From Cetorhinus maximus (taxonomy: Eukaryota): 64,000 nucleotides of DNA. The position numbers and the translations under genes are program-made. The stretch covers positions 90,768,001 through 90,832,000 of the forward strand of contig NC_135883.1 in the NCBI RefSeq assembly GCF_964194155.1, written 5' to 3'. Of this stretch, positions 24,817 through 37,617 are shown in pieces (position 1 is the first letter of the stretch; the number at the start of each line of letters is the position of its first letter). The notes beneath the pieces are model-generated. The model was not told where the DNA came from. It saw only the letters and a list, made by a program, of their open reading frames with translations, and ran no database searches.

Positions 24817-27512
24817 ACATAAGACCATAAGACATAGGAGCAGAAATTAGGCCATTTGGCCCATCGAGTCTGCTCCACCATTCAGTCATGGCTGATAAGT
24901 TTCTCAACCCCATTCTCCCGCCTTCTCCCCATAACCTTTGATCCCCTTACCAATCAAGAACCTATCTAACTCGGTCTTAAATACACTCAATGTCCTGGCC
25001 TCCACAGCCTTCTGTGGCAATGAATTCTACATAGATTCACCACTCTCTGGCTAAAGAAGTTTCTCCTCATCTCTGTTCTAAAAGGTCTTCCCTTTACTCT
25101 GAGGTTGTGCCCTCGGGTCCTAGTCTCTCCTACTAATGGAAACATCTTCCCCACGTCCACTCTATCCAGGCCTTTCAGTATTCTGTAAGTTTCAATCAGA
25201 TCCCCCCTCATCCTTCTAAACTCCATTGAGTATAGACCCAGACTCCTCAAACGTTACTCATATGTTAAGCCTTTCATTCCTGGGATCGTTCTCGTGAACC
25301 TCCTCTGGGCCCTCTCCAGGGCCAGCACATCCTTCCTGAGATACGGGGCCCAAAATTGCTCACAATATTCTAACTGGTCTGACCAGAGCCTTATAAAGCC
25401 TCAGCAGCACATCCCTGCTTTTATATACTAGTCTTCTCGAAATAAATGCCACATTGCGTTTGCCTTCCTAACTACTGACTCAGCCTGCAAGTTAACCTTA
25501 AGAGAATCCTGGACTAGGACTCCCAAGTCCCTTTGCACTCCAGATTTCTGAATTCTTTCCCCATTTTGAAAATAGCCTATGCCTCTATTCTTCCTACCAA
25601 AGTGCATGACCTCACACTTGCCCACGTTGTATTCCATCTGCCACTTCTTTGCCCATTCTCCTAACCTGTCCAAATCCTTCTGCAGCCTCCCTGCCTCCTC
25701 AACACTACCTGTCCCTCCACCTATCTTTGTATCATCTGCAAACTATGCCAGGATGCCCTCAGTTCCTTCATCTAGATCATTAATGTATAAGGTGAAAAGT
25801 TGTGGTCCCAACACTGACCCCTGCGGAACTCCACTAGTCACCGGCTGCCATCCTGAGAAGGACACCCTTATCCCCACTCTCTACCTCCTGCCAGACAGCC
25901 AATCTTCTATCCATGCTAGTACCTTGCCTCTAACACTATGGGCTCTTATCTTACTGAGCAGCTTCCTGTGTGGCACCTTGTCAAAGGCCTTCTGGAAGTC
26001 CAAGTAGATAACATCCATTGGCTCTCCTTTGTCTAACCTACTCGTTACCTCCTCAAAGAATTCTAACAGATTTGTCAGGCATGACCTCCCCTTGATGAAA
26101 CCATGCTGACTTTGCCCTATTTTATCATGCACTTCCAAGTATTCTGAAATCTCATCCTTAATAATGGACTCTAAAATCTTACCAACGACCGAGGTCAGGC
26201 TAATCGGCCTGTAATTTCCCGTCTTTTGCCTCACTCCCTTCTTAAACAGGGGGGTTACATTAGCGATTTTCCAGTCCTCTGGGACCCTCCCTGACTCCAG
26301 TGATTCCTGAAAGATCACCACTAACGCCTCCACTATCTCTTCAGCTATCTCCTTCAGAACTCTGGGGTGTAATCCATCTGGCCCACCTGATTTATCCACC
26401 TTCAGACCTTTCAGTTTTCCTAGCACCTTCTCCTTGGTAATGGCCACCATACTCACATCTGTCCCCTGACTTTCTTGAACTTTGGGGATGTTACTCGTGT
26501 CTTCCACTGTGAAGACTGACACAAAGTACCTATTCAGTTCCTCTGCCATTTCTTTGTTCCCCACTACTACTTCTCCAGCGTCATTTTCCAGCAGCCCAAT
26601 GTCCACTTTTGCCTCGCTCTTACCCTTTATATGTCTAAAAAAACTCTTGCAACCTTCTTCTAAATTACTGGCTAGTTTATCCTCATATTTAATATTCTCC
26701 CTCCTTATTTCTTTTTTAGTTGTCCTCTGTTGGTCTTTGTAGGCTTCCCAATCCCCTGGTTTACCACTGCTCTTCGCCGCATTGTATGCTTTCTCTTTAG
26801 CTTTTATTCTGTCCCTGACTTTCCTTGTCAGCCATGGTTGCCTCGTCCTCCCTTTAGTATGCTTCTTCTTCCTAGGGATGAATTTTTGCTGTGTCTCCCA
26901 AATTACTCCCAGAAACTCCTGCCATTGCTGTTCCACTGTCTTTCCTGCTAGGCTCATCTCCCAGTCAATTCTGGCCAGCTCCTCCCTCATGCCTCTGTAG
27001 TTGCCTTTATTCAACTGTAATACCGTTACATCTGATTCCAGCTTTTTCCTCTCAAATTGCAGGGTAAATTCTATCATATTATGGTCACTTCCTCCTAAGG
27101 TTTCCTTCACCTTAAGCTCCCTTATCAAATCTGCCTCATTACACATCACTAAATCTAGAATTGCCTGTTCCCTAGTGGGCTCCACCACAAACTGCTCCAA
27201 AAAGCCATCTTGTAGACAGTCCACAAATTCCTTTTCTTGGGATCCACTACCAACCTGATTTTCCCAGTCTACCTGCATGTTGAAATCCCCCATGATCACT
27301 GTAACCTTGCCTTTCTTACACGCCTTTTCTACCTCCTGGTGTATCTTGTGCCCCACATCCTGACTACTGTTCGGAGGCCTGTACATAACTCCCATTATGG
27401 TTTTTTTTTTACCTTTGCGGTTCCTCAACTCTATCCACACAGATTTTACATCATCTGACCCTACGTCATTTCTTGCTATCAATTTAATTTCATTTCTTAC
27501 TAACAAAGCAAT
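24817..27512 (-). mobile_element. Young 5'-truncated CR1 LINE
   Basis: Tail acataagaccataagacataggag at 24817; long ORF2 frame; truncated inside the endonuclease domain. Confidence 0.95.
25881..27512 (-). pseudogene. CR1 ORF2 (APE endonuclease + reverse transcriptase), about 540 uninterrupted codons, then stop/frameshifts
   Basis: YRPPNS, GDFN, SDHN, NYRPISLTS, QHGF, YLDFQKAFDKVPH; continues in 25428-25673 and 24987-25250. Confidence 0.93.
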
Positions 27513-29048
27513 GCCTAGGAAGCAGTCAAGTCCTCGACTCAAGCCCCAAGGACACCCCTAAGGGAAGAAGAATCTGATGACACCCTAATTGAAGACCCAT
27601 CTCAGCGCTCACCCATACCCTCTGCCAGTGCAGAGAAAAATACCTCGGTGGGACCTAGCTCTAGAGTAGCCTTGGGGTCACAATCTGGTGAGCACATTGC
27701 ATTGTCTGATCCACAGCAGGCGGCAGCAGAGAATTCCCAGGTGTCCATCACTCGGAGGATTATTGGAGGCCAGAAATCTGCTGAGCCTGAGCCACATGAG
27801 GATCCACTGGACTCAGTCATACCTCAGTTGCTGGAGCTGCAAAGGCAAGCTCGGGAACATCAGGAAGGGGTGTCCGCTGCACTCCTCAGATTACAAGGCA
27901 CGATGGAGGATTCCGTCTACCTTCAGTCTGAGGTGATAACACCGGCACGCCAACACGCCGAGGTCAACAATGGTAGGATGGCGGCTGCCATGGACACCTT
28001 GGTCCTGAACATTTATCCTGCACTGCTGCGTGAGATGAACTCCATTGCTGAGGCACTTACAAATAGTGTCAACACGAGAGAAGGGAGGGGCATCTTGAGC
28101 TCAAACCAGCTGCACCTTCCTTCTCCCTACACGGGTGCCTGAGGGCCCCTGGCTGACCCCTTGAGAGGATCAACAGGTGCACACCCTGGGGCCATCCATC
28201 CAGGTAACTCTGGGAGTGTCCAGCCCATCCGAATCCTTCGTTCCTGTGACCTCAGCAGCTTTGGCTCCACAGGCCACTGGGGGTGCCACTGCCATACAGC
28301 AGGACGCCGAAAGAACCAGGGCTCTCCAGCTCTCGGCACCCCCGAGGATGTCTGCCAAAGGCATCACAGACAAAGGCGTAGCAGTCAGCAGGCTGCCTCC
28401 ACCTGCACTGTGGATGTCGGGGAACACCAAGGCGTAGTGGCAGGGTTAAAAAGGTTAACAAGATTTAGTTGCACAACTTTGGTATGGGCGTTAGTTACTT
28501 GTACTTAATGTTGACCGTTGTAAATATACTCCCAAGAATGTCTCCTCGTCTATGACTCCTTGTTCTGATGAGCAGTGCTTGTGTCAATCAGATGTGAAAC
28601 CCTGATCCCTGCTCAAATGAAGGCAGGTGTCGCAGTCCAGGGCCTCTCCCCTGTGCAGTGTGTAACCTTCTGAGCACAGTGATTGTCCGGCTTCAAAGTC
28701 ACTGTTCAGATCAGTGATGCCTGCACCTCGATGTGGCTTATTTTTGCTGCAAGAATCTCGTATCCAAGTGTCACTGGGTTCTGTGATGTTCTCTGTGTGC
28801 TCTCAGCACCTTAGAGGCAGGGCTGACCCTCCCATCTCAACACCATTCCTGACAGCTGAAGGTGTGGTGCTGAAGGGAACAGGTGATGAAGCCTGCCAAA
28901 GGATCAAGTTGTCTTAAAGTCCATGTGCTCGCTGTATCCCAGCAGCGAATCAATGATATGAGCCTCTTCATAGGCTGTTTATGCGCTGCCCTCAGCCAGA
29001 CAGGCGTCAGATGTTCCTAGATGCAATGTGAAGATCTCAGGAATGTCC

Positions 29049-30275
29049 TCACAGCATCTCGTCATCATCCTCCTGGAATCTTGCAGCAATGAGGGCCTCA
29101 CAACTATGCCTGCCTCGTCTGGCCAGTGCACCGGCCTCATTGCCTGCATCCTCCCCTCCCAAGACCTCATCACCCTCATCCCCTTTGACTTCCTCCTGAG
29201 AGGAGACATGCAGTTCTTGCATCCCCTCATCATCCAGGTGCCTCGCTCTTTCCATCGCCAGGCTGTGTATTGTGCAGCAAGCCACAATGATGCATGCCAC
29301 CTTCTGGGGAGTGTACTGCAGTGCTCCACCAGACCTGTCCAGGCACCAGAACCTCATTTTCAGGATGCCAGTGGTGTGCTCAACAAAACTCTGGGTTGTG
29401 GCATGAGCCTCCTTGTACCGTCTCTCAGCAGGAGTCTGAGGCCACTGCATAGGCGTCATCGTCCACGTCCTTTTCGTGTAGCCCTTGTCCCTGCACCCTG
29501 TGTGGCCCCTCGAAGATATCAGGGATCTGTGAACTGCTGAGGGTGTACAAGTTGTGGACACTTCCGGGGTATCTCACACAAACTTGCATGATCCATTTGT
29601 TATGGTGCAGACCAACTGGATATTGAGAGAGTGGAAGCCTTTGCAGTTCACATACTGGACTGCTTGTTGCCAGGGAGATTTAAGTGCCACGTGGGTGCAG
29701 TCGATGGCACCCTGCACCTGTGGGAATCCGGAAAACTGAGCTAAATACAGCGCTCTTGTTTCCTGGCTTGCTTGATCCCTGTTGAAGTTAAACAAAGTGT
29801 ACTTTGACAAAAGGGCCATCCGTGACCTCCTGGATACGTTTGTGGTGAAGGCTTGCGAGATCGGCAAAAGTCCCCAGTGGAGCCCTGGAAGGAACCACTG
29901 CTGTAGTAATTGAGCTAAATTTAACTATAACTGCAATGGCAGCTGATGCCTTCTGAGTCCCCATGATGCCAAATCCTGCATAAGGTGGTATATGTGCATG
30001 GCCAGTTCTCCTGATATGCACAGGCATCGGCGACACTGGTTCTCGCTCGCTTAGGAGGTAGCACATGTACACCTGTAGACCTTGGGTCTAGCGATGTGCC
30101 TGCGAGTGACGGCTCTGTGGGATACATCCTCTGCGTGCAGAGGAGGCTGTGCCGCTCTTTGGTCTTCAGGGTTCTGCTCCTCCCTTTGGCGATCCAGGCA
30201 CACCCCTCATATTCTTCTCCTCCTTCTCTCCAGCCTATAAGTAATCAGATAGATAGCAAGATCGCCAGGCTCCAT
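29049..30275 (-). pseudogene. Harbinger (HARBI1-like DDE) transposase, frameshifted
   Basis: GFPQVQGAIDCTHVAL, KGFHSLNIQLVC, DKGY, HATTQSFVEHTTGILKMRFWCLDRSGGALQY, CCTIHSL in ORFs 29574-29867 and 29049-29561; candidate ATG at 30275. Confidence 0.88.
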
Positions 30276-31535
30276 GTTGTTGATGGTCTCCTCACTGCAG
30301 TATCAAGGGGAGAGAAGCAATGGTCAGTAATTGCCTCCTAATGACCACCCTTGGTCAAGTCATCGTCTGTGGCTGCCTCTCAAGGCCTCAACGCATGCCA
30401 GAGATTCCAGGCCACCATATGGCTGCCCAGTGTTTAGTACACATGATGGCTCACTATGCCCACACCCACCACTGCCCCACACCACGTGACTGAGTGACAA
30501 CAGCTTTGGCCACTCGACTGCATCCTGAACTCTCAACTCAGGCGCAGGTATTGCCCTAACCTGGATGCCAAGGCTTCGCGGTTTGCTTGGACCATGAGGG
30601 TGACTTTTCAATGTCAACTTAAACAAAATGCAAGGGACGAGGAGCGCACCCTTCCGTCAGTGTCCAAGGGCCACCCTTCCCAAGAGCATCCTCAAGCTTG
30701 CCCAGTTGCCCAATGATTCTGCAGCACCATAGCACTCGTTCGAGTTAGAAGTGTGCACATGAGGGGATGAGGGGTTTGCAGCAGAGGAGCCATCATTGGC
30801 ACTGTGAGGAATTAGCGCTGCTTGAGTGGGCACACTTGCTTGACTAGGCTGACTCCAAGCATATCAATTAAGTTGATGCTAAACATTAGCTGCGGTGGAG
30901 TGCTCATCTTTGACATGTTTTGTCATTAGCCCGGCTGTTTTCTCCTCCCCGCCAAACCCCCACCCCAACCCCGCATGTGTTTGTGCTCAAACTTCAGTCA
31001 GTGCTACCATGGCCCCCCACCCCCCCGGACTGTTGCCCTTGCCCCGGGGTTGCCTTCTCCTCCGTCCCCCTTTGCACTGTTGCCCTTGCCCTGGCACCAC
31101 AAGCCAGCCACGAAGAAGCCGCTGTGGAGACTTGCCTATGACCCCCCCGAATCCGCAGAGCCGCTGGGATCATTGTGAGCGTTGCACAAAGCTGTGTGCA
31201 CTCACCTCCCGAGTTCATCTCGAAGTTAAGATCACCGGGTTCACGCCTTTTAAAGGCAGTTGTAAATCACGCCATTGTGAAATCACGCCAACGTCGAATT
31301 AAAATTTGATGTGAAGGGATGATTCTGCCGTGTGGCTACAGTAATTAGATGCTAATTTATTACAATTATGTTCCCAACATTCAACGGTGGGAAATGTAGC
31401 CCGCTATTGATCAGGGTGTGGAAAATTGAGTCCTGGATTTACGTTGTCGGGAAATGGGACTAGGGCCTTCTCACGAGATTCTCCAATCTCGCCATCAAAC
31501 TTGCCCCCCTCAAACGGGAGTGGAAAATCTTGGCC

Positions 31536-32000
31536 ATTGTCTTTCCATATTTGTCCTCCCAAAATGCATCACTTCACACGTATAACCAGCCTAAACTTGA
31601 ATAGGAAGCAGGTGTTACATAACCTGGCCAATTAGCAGACCCTGATGAGGATAGTTATAGACTTCAGGATGACATGTTTCAATGTTTGTCTGCATTGAAC
31701 GCCAACTGCCAAGTTTTTACCCATTTCAGCATCCCTGTCTGTGATGTACTGAAGCTTTTAGTTATCCTAATAATGACCATCTACTTTGCCAAGTTTCATA
31801 TCATTTGCAAACTTTAGGATACTACTCCCTACAACTCATTTATAAAAATTCAAAAGAATTGCAGAGGACCTCACCGAATGTTAGTTTGCAATGGCGTTTC
31901 CTATCGCCCAGTCTGAAGAACATTCACTCTTTGCTTCCTGTCACTGAGCTAATTGTGTATACATACCACCAATTCCCCCTTAATTCCATGGACTTTCATC
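31536..32000 (-). mobile_element. Old CR1, 5' continuation of 23160-23797
   Basis: attgtctttccatatttgtcctcccaaaatgcatcacttcacac is the CR1 sequence expected next after ...ttggtat (compare 3045-3090). Confidence 0.7.
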
Positions 32001-32326
32001 ATTTTAATAATCCTTGCGCAAAATTAGTTTTTCAATTGCACCAGATTGCGACTGGGCAATTCAGAGAGAATATTTGCTTTTTTTTCCAGTCAACTTTTCA
32101 TGTCTTTTGAATTCATTTATGCTGCCAGCTTAACATCAGTATGCTGCACACTAACATAAACTGGTAATGTAAACCCCGAGTTCGTCCCTCCACCTGACTC
32201 TGGAGCACATTGAAGCGAAACTTCCTGGACAGGCTTCAAATTGATGATATGCCAAGTAAAACCAGTGTGGTGTGAATCCTGGTTTGCAAAGTACTTCACA
32301 AATCTGTTCACGCCACTGGACACATT

Positions 32327-32983
32327 GGGCTGGATTTAATGGGCTGTCAGGGTCTCCACCCCCAGCGAATAAGGCAGGGATGAGGCCGCCCCTGACCTGA
32401 CTGGTTGTTCTGTAGACATTCAATGGCCATCAGGCCATTAATTGTTTTAAGGTGGGACTTCAGCCTCAATCTGGGCGGGATTCTACCTCTAAGAACTGTC
32501 TCCCAATCAAATTGCCGGCAGCTCTCTGTTCCTAGCAGCACCACTGGGAGCAGTGGCCACTGCGGGGACTACAGTGAGTTCCCTGCGATGAGGAGGCATG
32601 AAGCTGAAGTTACAGATGAGTGGGGAAGGGAGTATTGCTGAAGCCAGGTTAGAAGGCCCCAGCAAGTGGGTTGAGGAGCCAGGGGCTTGACAGGCCAGGA
32701 GATGAGGGGAACTGTGAAGGTGGGGAGGACCTTTGGAGGGAGTGTGCCTCCACCCCTTGCACGCCACCAGTCCATGCAATGAAAGTTGACAGGCTGGACA
32801 CTTGGCATGGTCCTCTCAGCAGGATCAGGCCCTTAAATGGACATTAATTGGCAGGCATGCAACCAACACCTCCCCTGCCACTGGCAAAATTGCAGTGGGG
32901 CAGGGGCAGACGGGTAGGCAGCAGGTATGGCCCCCATGACATTTTGAGCCCCCTGCCTGCCAGTGAGTCATAAAATCCAGCCC
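32327..32983. mobile_element. Harbinger-type MITE (second family)
   Basis: TIRs gggctggattta / aaaatccagccc; flanks att/ttt; subterminal ttaattg motifs. Confidence 0.75.
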
Positions 32984-33689
32984 TTTTTAAAACAATATGA
33001 CTAACTTTAACATTTTGGAAACAGCAATTCCCTCCTTCCCCCTGTCCAACACTTGACAAACAGTTCTACACATTCCTGTAACCAGTCATGCGCAGGATTC
33101 TCTCCTAACAAGACAATGCAAAGTTCCAACCAAGTTGAAGCCAAGCAAATAGGGTTTAGACTGGCTGGAAGCCAAACTGCAGCTCAGTATCGGACAGGTA
33201 ACTGCAGGATCAATGAACCTCAGGTTGCTGTGATGCTGGAAGTTTGTGTAGTTTTTATTTTATTCCACAAGGTGTCATCATCCTTTACAAATTTCAAGCC
33301 CAGTCATCAATATAAGACCTGGTGCACATAATGGGGATGCTATATCAGCCAGTACTGACATTATGGTGATTTTTTTTTAAGCTCAGGAGTGTGGTATAAA
33401 AGTGATAGAAAAGTAAATATTATGATTGGTTGTTTTTCTAAAGTCTTTGAAGCACCAAATTCAATGTTGTGCTTCATTGTAGGTTTCAAATTGTTTTATT
33501 TCTAGTTGGAAAAACATTGAATGATAAAAGAGGGACTAAAAGATCTAATTTAATTCTCAAATATTTTGCATTGAGCCTCAACCATGAATGAAACATTAAA
33601 TTGAAGTTCCATCTATCTGTTCAATTAGATGCTAAAGATTCCATGCCGATATTTGAAGGGGAGCAGGGAGTTCTTCTGATGCCCTGAAC

Positions 33690-34390
33690 CGCTACAGCCA
33701 TGATGCATCAGAATGGAAGTAGGGGACTTATCAACATCCTTCAGGTATCTCAGCTGGGGGCATTGATATTTAGTTTCCATAAATGGACCTAGAAGTAGGG
33801 ACAAAACAAAACCTTCTAAATTTGCAGGTTGATCAAAGATGAGAGCAGACTGATCAAGTACTGACAGGGAGTTTAGCGGACATGGTGGCACTATCATTTA
33901 CTGCACACAGTTCTAAAGTCATGAGATTGGGAAAAGTTTATCAACAACAAAATTAAATGGTATTAGTCTGCAGGACATAACAGAAGGATCAACATAATGA
34001 GTGGCATTCGTAAAGAGAGCAAATAGCATATGTAAAGATAAAGAAATAGATCATAAATCTTCAGTGATCTTGAATTTAGACAAAACATTGGCCCAGCACT
34101 CTTTGAAGTTGTGTACAATTTTGGCCACCATATTATGAAAAAGACTTCCAAACACTGAAGAGGAACTAAATCCATTAGGCACCAGAATTGTGAGAAGAAG
34201 GCTGTCAAAGCTGGGGATGTTTATTCTGAAGAGAAGGTTCTTGTAGCAATACTCCAGATGCTAAAAGGTTTTGGACAAGGAAACATCGATATGTTTTAAC
34301 ACCGGTTCAACCCCTGGAGGTCACAGCATTAAACTTTGAAGAGGAAGAATGAAAAACCAGATAATACTGGAAGTATTGAATGGACAGTAG
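33690..34390 (+). mobile_element. Highly degraded CR1-like RT fragment, preceded by a Deu-SINE piece (about 33590-33690)
   Basis: tgtacaattttggccacca (CVQFW.P-like) and aaatttgcaggttgatca (KFADD-like) remnants. Confidence 0.5.
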
Positions 34391-35559
34391 GGGACGACTA
34401 TCAGTAACTTCAAGACAGTATCTAGTGAAAAATTTGCTGGAGGAGTTGACAATAGGATATGATATTTCTCAGACACTGAGACCAGTCAGATAAACTGCAT
34501 GGCCTTGTCAGGACCTGTAAGTTCCTATGTAATTTAGTTTTGCAGCCAAAAACATACCAAATGAAAAAATAGCAAAAAATAGTGTAAATTTTGTGAGTTG
34601 ACAGATACCATTTCAAATGTCTTCAGAACCCAGAGAGCCTGGAAATCCAATGGAGTGGGAGCATGCATCCTGCACACCCTCCTCAAAACCAATTGCTGAA
34701 ACCACCACCAGCCCCTTTGTAAAGGATAGCATTATTTCTTTTTAAAAGATGCAAGCCTGAATCCCATCTTGGACACCCAGGTGGGCTGCATTGCTCGGTG
34801 TTGGCAAGATACGGCTTCACTGACCAAATATAGCTCTGTCAACCTTGAACCGGGTCTCGCAGAAGGCCTGGAACTTGTAACGTAGGGAGTCCTCACCCTT
34901 TCTCACAAACTTGAGCTGGGCAGACGGTGCAATAAAACATCACAGATTTGTCAGTTCAAGGCCAGGGTGCAGAATATACAGATACTAGCCTAGTTTCTGG
35001 TGATTGCACCAGGGATTCTGCTGCAGTCTGTCAGAACAGCTGCAGATTTTCAGCCTTTATTTATCTATTCCCCATTGGGCTTTCACTTTTAGTACTGTTG
35101 GTGAATTCTTTCTCTCCTCTCTGAAAGTAGCTTTAATAGAAATATAGTTAAGCATATTTAGCTAAAATTTTATAAGGTTTTGATAATAAGCTATGTGCTC
35201 ACTGTCCTAATGTGTGCTTTGCCTTGAATATTTATTATGCTGCAGTAATCAACCATACAGACATGGTAAGGTGAACAGGTCAAGGAGTTTCTGTTGATCT
35301 GATTGAAAAGTATTTAACACTTTCTCTGAATGGGGCAATTTTACAGAGCATTTTAACATGTGCCACCAGAGACCAGTTCTATTTGCTTCCCAGGCACTGG
35401 AATGTGTCTCTGTGCTATGCGGGGGTTAAAAGATAGCTGAGAGTCAAGACAAAAGGATCTTTACCCTGGAAAAAAATGCTTGGAGTCTAGATTTATGTTA
35501 AGTCCTATGATTTACTTGATCCTGCACAGTACTCCCTTCTGATATGAACCACCATATAT

Positions 35560-35790
35560 TACATGATGCCCAGAGCACATCGGCCTCACAGACCAGAAAG
35601 TTCCAGATTTTATTTCTAGTTAGCCGAGGTCACCCTGGCAGCATTTGGAGCCCTGTAATTGAACTTTGTGCCTCCGGACAGGGAAATCAGCCAGGGTTTC
35701 TGCAACTGCTTTGCTACCCAATGTTGTCTAATGGAAAATGCATCTGTGTGAATGATGGGTAAAGGCTGAGTAGGGTTCAACAGTGAAGAC
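35560..35790 (+). mobile_element. Old SINE fragment (related piece on the - strand at about 36270-36380)
   Basis: gaccagaaagttccag...gttagccgaggtca...aaatcagccaggg; partial reverse similarity to 36270-36380. Confidence 0.4.
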
Positions 35791-36679
35791 TTCTGCAGCC
35801 TGAGACAACCTTATACATCGAGAAGCAAAGACATATTTTTATATAAACAAAAATGAAATATAACAACACAGGAACAGGTTCTTTCATAAATCAGGTCCGC
35901 ATTGGTATTATGTGACTTCAACTAGGAGCATCGGAACCTGATAACCAATATAACAATCATGAAGGTAATAAAAAAAAGGTAAAGTCCTGCCTTTAGAGTG
36001 AAAGTGTTTCTGAAATGACTCAAAATCAGACAACTTTATCTTTCAGGATAAAAGCAAAATACTGTGGATGCTGGAAATCTGAAACAGAGTCTTCCTCTCC
36101 ACAGATGCTGTCAGACCTGCTGGGTTTTTCCAGCTATTTTTGTTTTTGTTCCATCTTCCAGGAATTGGAAAAGGTATCTAAGGCATTTGTCATACTATAA
36201 ATACTTCAATAAATGAAAATGAAGAGGGAACAGTAGTGCGATTACATCAGAAATGAGAGGTAGGAAAGACACCCTTTAACTTGGGCTACAGAGTGTCCGC
36301 TGTAGAGTTCTACTGCTGGGTTAACTGAAATCAGCTGATCCAACACAGGGTGATAGACACGGAAGGTTCTGAGTTATGCTCAATTTCACACCAACAGTAC
36401 ACTAACCGACTATGTTGGAGGGAAAAAAAGCTCTTTATAGTATTACCATTTGAGAATCTTTGGCCAGAAGCAAAAGTATTTTCGCTATCTCCGCTGTTCA
36501 CCCGGGATGGAAGACTTGTATTTAAGTGATCCTTGAAATTGAAAACCTACCCAAATAGCTTAACTGAGAGGCAGTGCCGTAGTGATATTGTCACTGGACC
36601 AGTTCAGGCCAGAGACCCAGGGTAAAACTTAGCAGATGGTGAAATTTGAGTTCAATCAATTCAAACGTATTGCTGACAA

Positions 36680-37369
36680 AAGAAATATGTCTCAGCTTTT
36701 AGTCTTGCACGTCTTGCACTCATCAGGACACTCGCAAGAATACCAATGTAAGGGGGAAAACAACAATTTGTACTGTATGTGAAGAGAGTGCTGATTGGTT
36801 GGCAAGTGGCATTGCTATGGAGAATGCAGCACTGATGTGGACTGACAGTTAACTGCCAAGCATTGTTTTAAAATTAAGCCAGGCAGCTTGACCCTGATTG
36901 GCCAAGTCATTGTCCTGAGAAATGAGTCAGCAAATGGCTGTCACTTATTTTGCAAACAGTGGCTGGGACTTGCTGTTTGATACAATCCGCCAGTCTTTGG
37001 TACCTAGCATCACACTGGCACTGAAATTCAACACCACATTACTCATTTATGTGATCGGCAGAACGTCTTTTTGGCTTGACAGTAACATCCTGTTAGTGGC
37101 GAACACCTCTCGTGTTGCTACTACATAGTAGTTGCATGAAACAGCTAGCTTCAGCTGTTGCTCACATTTTTTGTGATACCTTGCCCTTTTAAGGATAATC
37201 ACCATTACCTCACCATACAAGCTTGATGCTGAAATAGAGCACATTGAAAGCATCCTGCAGGGTAATGGCTACCTTGATCAGATAATTTCACGCTGTATAT
37301 CATGAACGGGCCTAAGGCCACCACTTTTGGCCCTGAAAAATGCCCAGTCTACCTCAGATTACCCTGGAA
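36680..37369 (-). mobile_element. Penelope-like element (second family) with 5' inversion and hammerhead motif
   Basis: - strand KGKVSQK..EQQLKLAVS...QKDVLPIT plus GIY-YIG start; + strand piece KLDAEIEHIESILQGNGY...VYLRLPW. Confidence 0.75.
36688..36730 (-). ncRNA. Inactivated minimal hammerhead ribozyme motif
   Basis: tgtc-CTGATGA-gtgcaagac (duplicated)-taaa-agct-ga-gaca: stem I tgtc/gaca intact, GAAA mutated to TAAA, palindromic agct. Confidence 0.6.
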
Positions 37370-37617
37370 TTTGAACACACAAAGCACAAGTGTCCAACAT
37401 TAGATGTGATTCCATGATTGGACAACAGTTGCTAAATAATCCTCAATGGGCTAAGAATTATGCTGACAACCAATTTAAGATAGTCAGTTGGGCTTACAAT
37501 GTGGCACATTTGTGTGTACTGGAAGCCAGATATATTGATACACGGGGCCCTGTTCTTTGCAGATAGAAAGAACATGTACCTACAATAGGGGGTAAAGGAA
37601 ATGGTCATGTCATTGAC

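Larger units (their letters stand above)
24076..28460 (+). pseudogene. Harbinger Myb/SANT-like accessory gene, three exons, disrupted
   Basis: Exon 1 from ATG 24076 to ccagg|gtaatt at 24310 (KRTATPCRKRMNVL); exon 2 about 24555-24710 (KLAHNKRERSQIGGG...|gtgag); exon 3 resumes after the CR1 at about 27513. Confidence 0.75.
23798..31535. mobile_element. PIF/Harbinger DNA transposon (decayed autonomous copy) containing a CR1 insertion
   Basis: TIRs gggcagaatc / aaaatcttggcc; 3-bp TSD ATT (23795-97 and 31536-38); convergent Myb/SANT-like gene (+) and transposase (-). Confidence 0.9.

Noticed and set aside
25579-27458. + strand ORFs (25579-26007, 26482-26742, 27001-27258, etc.) as genes
   Set aside because: Antisense shadows of CR1 ORF2.
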